Source: an uncultured delta proteobacterium
GTDB lineage: Bacteria > Myxococcota_A > UBA9160 > SZUA-336
NCBI GenBank assembly: GCA_963707945.1
Contig: CAVPRM010000002.1
Span: forward strand, 100,574-164,573
Direction: 5' to 3'
Length of the DNA: 64,000 nucleotides
The position numbers and the translations under genes were made by a program. Below, piece by piece: positions 54,829 through 61,544 of the stretch; position 1 is the first letter of the stretch; every line of letters begins with the position of its first letter. The notes beneath the pieces are model-generated. The model was not told the origin of the DNA, ran no database searches, and worked only from the letters and a program-made list of their open reading frames with translations.

Positions 54829-55356
54829 ATGTGGGCTCGCCTTCGCATCGGGATCGGCAAAACCCTCCTCTGGTCCCTCGCCAGCTTCGCCGTCAGCGCC
54901 AGCGCGTTCGCGGACCCGACCGACCCCGAGGCCAAGTCGGCTGCTCCGAGCGAGCCCGCGCCGGCACCCGCGGCGGCTCCCGACACTGCGCCGAAGAAGC
55001 CCCTCGGCCTCGACCGCCTGTTGAATCCGGGTGTGGTTCGCGCGCAGCCGACCGGCAAGTACTACGGCGGCCGCGACCAGAAGGGCTGGCAGGATGAGTT
55101 CCGGCGCGCGCGCGAGGAGGTGTCGGACCTCGAGGGCAAGGTCGAGGCCGGCCAGCAGCACCTGCGCAGCGCCGCGGCCGGCGAGTGGAACTACTCGCCC
55201 GCGGGAGGGGAAGCAACCGACCCCGAAGTGCTCAAACTGCGCGCACAGCTGCGCCGGGACCGGCAGTCGCTCGAGGCTTCGCGGCAGCGGCTGCGCGACC
55301 TCGACGTCGAGGCGTCGCTCGCGGGAGTGCCCGAGGACTGGCGCAAGCCGCCCTGA
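54829..55356 (+). CDS. secreted coiled-coil protein, function unknown
   Basis: ATG 54829 within track ORF 54787..55356. Signal peptide MWARLRIGIGKTLLWSLASFAVSASAFA|DPTD, Pro/Ala-rich spacer, then heptad-like charged helix (EEVSDLEGKVEAGQQHL..., LKLRAQLRRDRQSLEASRQRLRDLD). Confidence 0.6.
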   Translation: MWARLRIGIGKTLLWSLASFAVSASAFADPTDPEAKSAAPSEPAPAPAAAPDTAPKKPLGLDRLLNPGVVRAQPTGKYYGGRDQKGWQDEFRRAREEVSDLEGKVEAGQQHLRSAAAGEWNYSPAGGEATDPEVLKLRAQLRRDRQSLEASRQRLRDLDVEASLAGVPEDWRKPP

Positions 55357-55561
55357 GCTGAGTGAGCTGAGTCACCGCTCCGGCAGCTCGCGCGCAAATT
55401 CGGCGTGCGCGCCGGTTCGCCGCGCGAACCCGGCTGCGCAGTGCACCGAGTGACGGCGCTCACCGAGCGTCGAAAGCGCCGGGAGTTCCGCGACGACTTG
55501 CCGGCGCGTGAACCGCGGCACGGCGGATGCATTCCTCCGCCACGTGCGAAGCGTGCGACAC

Positions 55562-56464
55562 ATGGCCCTGCTGGCGCCCATGCTGGTCTTCGCGGGCGGC
55601 TGCGCCACCGTCTCGCAGCTGACCGGCGCCGCGCTCGACCCGGTCGCCGACGACTCGCTCACCCGCGTGGTCTCGGAGCTGAAGCTCCACCTGCGCGACG
55701 ACACCTACCGCTACGACCGCGCCGTCGCGTCGGACGGCCGCAACGTGTACGCGGTCGCGCTCTGGAAGCTCGACCGGCTGGCGGGCCTGCGCGCCAAGCC
55801 CGAGGCCGAGTGGGAGAACGCCGACTACGTGGTCGAGTTCGCGCGCGGCAAGGCGCTCGAGCGGCTGCGCCGCTACGGCGAGGCCCTCGCCGCGTTCCAG
55901 CGCGTCGCCGCGTCCGGGTCGCTGCTCGGCGACTCCGCGGCCGAGCGCGCGCGGGTCATGGAGAGCTTCGCGCTCGCGGCCGCGCCGCCCGACGAGCCCT
56001 TCGCCAACCCCGACGAGGAGCGAACCTTCATCGACGGCAAGATCGGCCTGTGGCGCCGGCTCGCCGAGGAGGTACAGGGCACCCCGCACGAGCCGCTCGC
56101 GCTCGAAGAGATCGAGTCGTGGCAGATCATGCGGGTCGACTGGCTCACCCGCGCCGACCGGCTGGCGGACGCGATCTTCTCCTGTGAGAAGCTGATCGAG
56201 ACCAACCGCGACTCGAAGCTCTACGGAAAGCACCTGCTGCGCCTCGGCGACCTGTACGCGGCCAGCGCGCGCCGCGCCTCGCTGCAGGCGCGCGCGAACA
56301 TCGCGAGCCTCGACCCGGCAAAGTACGAGACGCTCCTCGACCAGGCCTTCTCGGCGTACGAGCTCGCGGCCGAGGATCGCCGACCGGCGCTCCGCAAAGA
56401 GGCGCGCAACCGGATCGAGGCGCTCCTGGCCTATCACGAGGGAGCGACCGCGCGTGTTCCCTGA
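55562..56464 (+). CDS. probable lipoprotein with TPR-like helical repeats, function unknown
   Basis: ATG 55562 within track ORF 55508..56464. MALLAPMLVFAGGC|ATVS (imperfect lipobox). Helical repeats, e.g. GKALERLRRYGEALAAFQRVAASG. Confidence 0.55.
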   Translation: MALLAPMLVFAGGCATVSQLTGAALDPVADDSLTRVVSELKLHLRDDTYRYDRAVASDGRNVYAVALWKLDRLAGLRAKPEAEWENADYVVEFARGKALERLRRYGEALAAFQRVAASGSLLGDSAAERARVMESFALAAAPPDEPFANPDEERTFIDGKIGLWRRLAEEVQGTPHEPLALEEIESWQIMRVDWLTRADRLADAIFSCEKLIETNRDSKLYGKHLLRLGDLYAASARRASLQARANIASLDPAKYETLLDQAFSAYELAAEDRRPALRKEARNRIEALLAYHEGATARVP

Positions 56465-58490
56465 CGCCAAGGACGACGGGGTGCAGGTGGGGCTGTGGCT
56501 CCTGCGGGCGGCGCTCGCCGCGGCGCTGATCTTTCTCGCGCTGGGCGGCCGCGCCCGCGCCGGCGACGCCGAGCCCGCCGACACGGCGACGCGTCTCCTG
56601 CTCGAGCCCGAGCTCGCCACGGACGCGGACCGCGCGAGCGAGGCGAGTGAGGTCATGGTCGAGGATCGCAACCGCAAGCTCGCGGTGATCTCCTCGGCGC
56701 TCGTCGATCTGGGCATCCACGCCGCGATCGGCGTCGCCCCTCTGAAGCTGCTGCACAGCGCAGGCGACCTCGGCGCGGGCATTCGCGACTTCGGCAAGCG
56801 CACCCCGGCGGAGGAGAAGGCGCTGCTGCTGCTCGCGCCCGCCGCGCGCGACGGAGTTCTCGACGCCGACGGGCAAGCGCTGTTCGACCGCCTCGAGCGG
56901 CGCGAGCGCAAGGCTCTGGTCGAGCGCCTGCTCGACGACGCCCAGCACTCGCTCGCGAAGGGTCAGGTCTCCCGCGCCCGCTTCGCCGTCTCGCGCGCGC
57001 TCGAGCTCGCGCCGGGCTCGGAGCGCGCCGATGCCCTGCTCGATGCGATCGCGGCGAGCTCGCGCGACAGCGCCGCTGCGACGGAAGCTACCGCCGAAGC
57101 GCCCACCGTCGCGTCCTGGGAGGTCGGCATTGCGACCGCGCTCCTCACCGACGCCGACGCACGCGCCCAAAACCTCGGGCCCTCCGACGACCGCGACGCC
57201 GCGCTGGCGCGCGCGGCTGCCCGCTACGATCTGGGCGAACGCGCCGCAGCGCTCGCCGACCTGCGCGAGATCGCCGACGGCGACGACGCCGCCGCGGCGG
57301 GAGCGCGCCGGATCCTCGCGGATCGCAGCGTGAACCCCGAGCGCGCGCTCGAGGAAGAGATCACGAGCTACCGCAAGCGCCAGGGCTTGGGCTACCTGGG
57401 CGGCGGCGAGCTCGCCGACCACGGCCTGGCCCTGGACCCCGAGAACTTCGAGTTCTCCCCCGCGGGCTACAAGGCCTGGAAGGGCTCGTACAAGCTCTGG
57501 CGTCGCACGGTGAACCCGGTGAACCTGGTCGTCGACGCGCCCGCGCGGCTCTTCCGCGACTGGCGTCCGAACGGCGAGGCGCTCCGCGAAGCCGCACAAA
57601 GGTACCTGGAGCTCGAGCCGAACGGCGCGCGCGCGGACGACGCGCGCGAGTGGCTCGCCCAGCTCGCGCCGGACGAGCGCGCGAGCGTGAAGACCTCTCC
57701 GTTCCAGGACGGCTACTTCGTGCTCCCGCACGCGCGCACGCGCTACGCGCGCGTGACGGCGGGTCGGATCGTCGTCTCGCTCGACGCGCTCGAGAAGAAC
57801 GCGCCGGAGCTCGCCCAGTCGCTCCACCTCGACGCCGCCCCCGCTTACACGATCGGCTCGCAGGGAGTGGGCGAGGGCGCGGTCGCGCTCGAACCCGGCG
57901 CCGCGCTCGAGCTCTTGGGACGCATCGCCGACGGCCTCGAAGCGAACGCGCTCCGCGCACGCGGTCAGCCGGACTGCGAGGCGCTCGAAGCGGTGCGCCG
58001 GCTCGACGGACAGGTCCGCGCCGGTACCACTTTGTACAATGCGCCCCGGCTGCCCGACGTGGCCGCGGGATTCGGTGACATGGGCCTCGCGCTGGTCGAC
58101 AGCAAGAGCGTCCACACCTACGGCGACGTCGAGCTCAAGCGCGACGGCGAGAACGTCCGGTTGGGCCGCGAGCTCGGCGGCGGCGACTCCTTCTGTCTGG
58201 CCGAGACGCCGTGCATCGACCGCAAGCTCGCGGTGACGGGCGAGCTGTACGCGCGCAGCAACGCGGGCGGCTCGGTCGGCGTGGGCGCGAGCGCGGACTA
58301 CCGCGAGGCGCACCTCTCCGTCGAGATGGGCATCAGCGGCCCGCATGCGCACCTGATGCTGCCGCTGGCTCGCTGGCTCGGCTTCGCGCACCTGCTTCCC
58401 GTCGAGGCGCATGTCGAGGTCGGACTCGACGGCATCTCCGCGGGTCCGCGGATCGACGACCTGCCCGATGAAGAGGCGCAGAGCCTCTAG
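56454..58490 (+). CDS. large membrane-anchored/exported hypothetical protein (678 aa)
   Basis: GTG 56454 overlaps the upstream gene by 11 nt. One N-terminal hydrophobic segment VGLWLLRAALAAALIFLALGG. Ala/Asp/Arg-rich helical body. I recognise no family motif. Confidence 0.55.
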   Translation: MFPDAKDDGVQVGLWLLRAALAAALIFLALGGRARAGDAEPADTATRLLLEPELATDADRASEASEVMVEDRNRKLAVISSALVDLGIHAAIGVAPLKLLHSAGDLGAGIRDFGKRTPAEEKALLLLAPAARDGVLDADGQALFDRLERRERKALVERLLDDAQHSLAKGQVSRARFAVSRALELAPGSERADALLDAIAASSRDSAAATEATAEAPTVASWEVGIATALLTDADARAQNLGPSDDRDAALARAAARYDLGERAAALADLREIADGDDAAAAGARRILADRSVNPERALEEEITSYRKRQGLGYLGGGELADHGLALDPENFEFSPAGYKAWKGSYKLWRRTVNPVNLVVDAPARLFRDWRPNGEALREAAQRYLELEPNGARADDAREWLAQLAPDERASVKTSPFQDGYFVLPHARTRYARVTAGRIVVSLDALEKNAPELAQSLHLDAAPAYTIGSQGVGEGAVALEPGAALELLGRIADGLEANALRARGQPDCEALEAVRRLDGQVRAGTTLYNAPRLPDVAAGFGDMGLALVDSKSVHTYGDVELKRDGENVRLGRELGGGDSFCLAETPCIDRKLAVTGELYARSNAGGSVGVGASADYREAHLSVEMGISGPHAHLMLPLARWLGFAHLLPVEAHVEVGLDGISAGPRIDDLPDEEAQSL

Positions 58491-59585
58491 CTAGAGCAGC
58501 GCGCGCAGCGCGGCGAGCAGCCGGTCGACGACCTCCGGCCGCGCGTTCTCGCCCATCAGCCCGATCCGCCAGATGCGCCCCGCCAGCTTGCCGAGGCCGC
58601 CGCCCACCTCGATCCCGTGCTCCGCCAGGAGCCGCGCGCGCAGCGGCGCTTCGTCCACGGGCGGGATCACCGAGTTCAGCATCGGCAGCCGGTGCGCCGG
58701 CTCGACGAGCATGCGGAAGCCGAGCGACTCGAGCCCCGCGACCAGCCGCGCCGAGGCGTCGCGGTGGCGGGCGAAGCGGGGCTCGAGGCCTTCGTCGAGC
58801 ACGCGCTCGACCGCCGCGTGCAGCGCGTAGATCATCGAGATCGGCGCGGTGTGGTGGTAGACGCGGCTCGCGCCCAGGTACCGGCCGATCAGTGAGAAGT
58901 CGAGGTACCAGCTCTGCACGGGCCGCGCGCGCCGGTCGAGCCGAGCGAGCGCGCGCTCGCCGAGCGCCACCGGCGAGAGCCCGGGCGGGCAGCCGAGACA
59001 TTTCTGTGTACCCGAGTAGGCGGCGTCGAGCTGCCACTCGTCGAAGCGCACGTCGATGCCCGCGAGCGAGGTCACGCAGTCGGCCAGCACGAGCGCACCC
59101 GCGCGCCGCGCCGCCCGCGCGATCTCGGCGATCGGCTGCTCCACGCCGGTCGAGGTCTCCGCGTGCACCAGCGCCACCAGTGCGGGCCGGCGCGCTTCGA
59201 TCTCGGCGATGAAGCGCTCGGGCGGAACGATCTCGCCCATCTCCGCCTCGACCCGCAGGACGCGCGCGCCCGCGCGCTCGGCGATCGCCGAGATCCGCTC
59301 GCCGAATACGCCGTTCACCGCCACGAGCACGGTCTCGCCCGGCTCCAGCAGGTTCACCAGGCACGCCTCCATCCCGGCGCTGCCCGTGCCCGAGAGCGGA
59401 AACGCGAAGGCCGACTGGCTCTTCCAGAGCTGGCGGAGGCGGAGCTGCAGCTCGTCGAGCAGAGCCAGGAAGGCCGGGTCCAGGTGGCCGACGAGCGGGC
59501 GGGCGAGGGCGTCCCGCACTTCTGCCGAGACGTTGCTCGGACCGGGACCCAGAAGAAGCCGCTCGGGAAGCGAGGCCGCGCTCAT
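58491..59585 (-). CDS. class V aminotransferase (serine--pyruvate / alanine--glyoxylate aminotransferase family)
   Basis: 364 aa. LLGPGPSNVSAEVRDAL..., PLSGTGSAGMEA, DCVTSLAG, AYSGTQKCLGCPPGLSP (PLP lysine). Confidence 0.85.
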   Translation of the reverse strand: MSAASLPERLLLGPGPSNVSAEVRDALARPLVGHLDPAFLALLDELQLRLRQLWKSQSAFAFPLSGTGSAGMEACLVNLLEPGETVLVAVNGVFGERISAIAERAGARVLRVEAEMGEIVPPERFIAEIEARRPALVALVHAETSTGVEQPIAEIARAARRAGALVLADCVTSLAGIDVRFDEWQLDAAYSGTQKCLGCPPGLSPVALGERALARLDRRARPVQSWYLDFSLIGRYLGASRVYHHTAPISMIYALHAAVERVLDEGLEPRFARHRDASARLVAGLESLGFRMLVEPAHRLPMLNSVIPPVDEAPLRARLLAEHGIEVGGGLGKLAGRIWRIGLMGENARPEVVDRLLAALRALL

Positions 59586-59623
59586 GGCGCGAAGTATACT
59601 GGCGCGCCGCCAGCCGAGGACCG

Positions 59624-59971
59624 ATGGACCCCAACTGCCTCTTCTGCAAGATCGCCGCGCGGAAGATCCCCGGCACGATCGTGTTCGAGAACGAGCGCCT
59701 GCTCGCGTTCGAGGACATCGCGCCGGCGGCGCCCACGCACCTGGTGCTGATCCCGCGCGAGCACTTCGCGTCCTCGCTCGAGGTCGATCCGAGCCGCCAT
59801 GCGGTCGTGGGGGAGCTCGTCCAGGTCGCTGCCCAGCTCGCGCGCGAGCGCGGCTTCGCCGAACAGGGCTACCGGCTGGTCTTCAACACCAACGCGGCCG
59901 CGGGTCAGACCGTGTTCCACCTGCACCTCCACCTGTTGGGCGGGCGAACGTTCCGCTGGCCGCCCGGATAG
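59624..59971 (+). CDS. HIT-family nucleotide hydrolase (HinT-like)
   Basis: 115 aa. CLFCKIAARKIPGTIVFENERLLAFEDIAPAAPTHLVLIPREH..., histidine triad QTVFHLHLHLLGG. Confidence 0.9.
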   Translation: MDPNCLFCKIAARKIPGTIVFENERLLAFEDIAPAAPTHLVLIPREHFASSLEVDPSRHAVVGELVQVAAQLARERGFAEQGYRLVFNTNAAAGQTVFHLHLHLLGGRTFRWPPG

Positions 59972-60006
59972 GGGTGACCTAGACTGCGCGCCAGTCGAGG
60001 TCGCAC

Positions 60007-60318
60007 GTGTTTCGTCTGCTCTTTCTGATCGTGCTCGCCGCGGCAGCCTTCGTGATGGTCGACGCGCGCTGGGCTCCGGACTCGCGCACGCTGACCCTGC
60101 GCGTACGCACCGCCAGGGAGCTGATGGGCGTCGCTCAGGGGACCGCGCGCGAGCTCGGCGATGCCGCGGTCGAGCGGATCGTGCGCGAGAACACGCCCGC
60201 CGTGGCTGCGCCTCCACCCGCGCGAGGCGGCGAGCCCGAAGCGGCTCCCGAGCGGCTCGCGCCGTCCGACCGGGAACGCCTCGACCGCCTGGTCCAGGAG
60301 AAGACCCGGGAGCAGTAG
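60007..60318 (+). CDS. small membrane-anchored hypothetical protein
   Basis: 103 aa, GTG start. MFRLLFLIVLAAAAFVMV anchor, then a charged soluble part. No recognisable motif. Confidence 0.45.
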   Translation: MFRLLFLIVLAAAAFVMVDARWAPDSRTLTLRVRTARELMGVAQGTARELGDAAVERIVRENTPAVAAPPPARGGEPEAAPERLAPSDRERLDRLVQEKTREQ

Positions 60319-60322
60319 GTCA

Positions 60323-61478
60323 GTGCGGACCCGCGAGGAGCTCGAGAAGCGCGAGGCCGAATCACTCGCCCCCTACGCCCTGCTCGCGCGCGACTCGCGT
60401 GGCCGCATCGAGCCCGAGCCCGCGCACGCCTATCGCACCGCCTTCCAGCGCGACCGCGACCGCGTCCTGCACGCGCGCGCGTTCCGGCGCCTGCAGTACA
60501 AGACCCAGGTCTTCCCCTACTCGGAAGGGGATCACTTCCGGAACCGGCTGACCCACACGCTCGAGGTCGGACAGATCGCGCGAACCGCCGCGCGCGCCCT
60601 GGGCGCGAACGAGGACCTGGTCGAGGCGATCGTCCTGTCCCACGACCTCGGCCATCCACCGTTCGGCCACGCGGGCGAGCACGTGCTGAACCAGCTCTTG
60701 AAGCCGCACGGGGGCTTCGAGCACAACCGCCAGAGCCTGCGCATCGTGGACTGGCTCGAAGACCGCTCCGAGCAGTACCCCGGGCTGAACCTCAGCCACG
60801 AGACGCGGGCGGGGATCCTGAAGCACGGCTCCGACTTCCCGCGCTACCCGCATCCGGTGCCACTGCCCGACCTCGAGCCGGGACCGAGCCTCGAGGGGCA
60901 GCTCGCCAACGTCTGCGACGAGATCGCGTATCACACGCACGATCTCGACGACGGCCTGCGCTCCGAGATCCTGGACCTCGCCGAGCTCGAGGAGCTCTCG
61001 CTGTACCGGCGCGCGCGCGAGGCGGTGCGCGCGCACGGCGACGCCGAGGCGCGGAGCGCCCGGCCGCGGCTAGCGGTGGCGCTGATCGACCTCCTGGCGA
61101 CCGACCTGATCGAGGCGAGCGCGCAGCGCCTGGACCAACACCGGCCGATGTCGCCGGCCGCGGCGGCGGCCGCCCCCGAACGCTTGATCGGGTTCTCGCG
61201 CCGAGATCGCGGTCGAGCAGCGCCAGCTCGCCCGCTTCCTGCTCGAGCGCTTCTACCGCCACTACCGGGTGTTGCGGATGGCCGCGAAAGCCGAGCGGAT
61301 CCTCACCGACCTGTGGCGCGCCTACGCGGCCGACCCGCGCCAGCTTCCCCCGCACATCCTGGAGCGAGCGCGCGGCGAGCCGGAGGAGCGCGCGATCGCC
61401 GACTACATCGCCGGCATGACCGACCGCTTCGCAATGGACGAGCACGACCGGCTGTTCGACCCCCACACTCACGTGTAG
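60323..61478 (+). CDS. dgt: dGTP triphosphohydrolase-like HD-domain protein; frame broken by a +1 indel at ~61199
   Basis: GTG 60323 within track ORF 60161..61621. YRTAFQRDRDRVLHARAFRRLQYKTQVF..., NRLTHTLEVGQIART, LSHDLGHPPFGH, ...ERLIGFS, then the next frame (track ORF 61269..61478) AEIAVEQRQLARFLLERFYRHYRVLRMA...IADYIAGMTDRFAMDEHDRLF. Length 1156 = 3n+1. Confidence 0.88.
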
Positions 61479-61544
61479 GGGAAGGCGAGCGCAGGCCGTT
61501 GGACGAGCTATCGTCCCGGCGGTTCAATCCGAGGGGTCGAAAGC

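Noticed and set aside
55372-55563. 63-aa minus-strand ORF (MCRTLRTWRRNASAVPRFTRRQVVAELPALSTLGERRH...) in the 205-nt gap upstream of the lipoprotein gene. Its ATG is back-to-back with the lipoprotein ATG.
   Set aside because: It has no SD, no recognisable fold or motif, and is Arg/Ser/Thr/Cys-rich like off-frame sequence. The high GC3 is not discriminating in this genome.
58485-58496. 12-nt perfect palindrome CTCTAGCTAGAG at the junction of two convergent genes.
   Set aside because: It is simply the two stop codons (TAG on plus, TAG on minus read as CTA) abutting with complementary last codons. It has no loop, so no hairpin or terminator can form.
59582-59610. Operator-like symmetry GGCGCG-AAGTATACTG-GCGCGCC with central AGTATACT palindrome, in the 38-nt divergent gap between the aminotransferase and the HIT gene.
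   Set aside because: The arms are short, GC-only and imperfect. TATACT may just be the -10 of the HIT gene. This is not enough to call a regulator site.
61521-61530. GGTTCAATCC, resembling a tRNA T-loop, in the dgt-to-last-ORF spacer.
   Set aside because: The flanking bases (GGCGG / CGAGG) cannot form a T-stem. No acceptor or anticodon arms can be drawn. I found no tRNA, rRNA or tmRNA-like sequence elsewhere in the intergenic gaps by eye. A tRNAscan/Infernal run would be the proper check.
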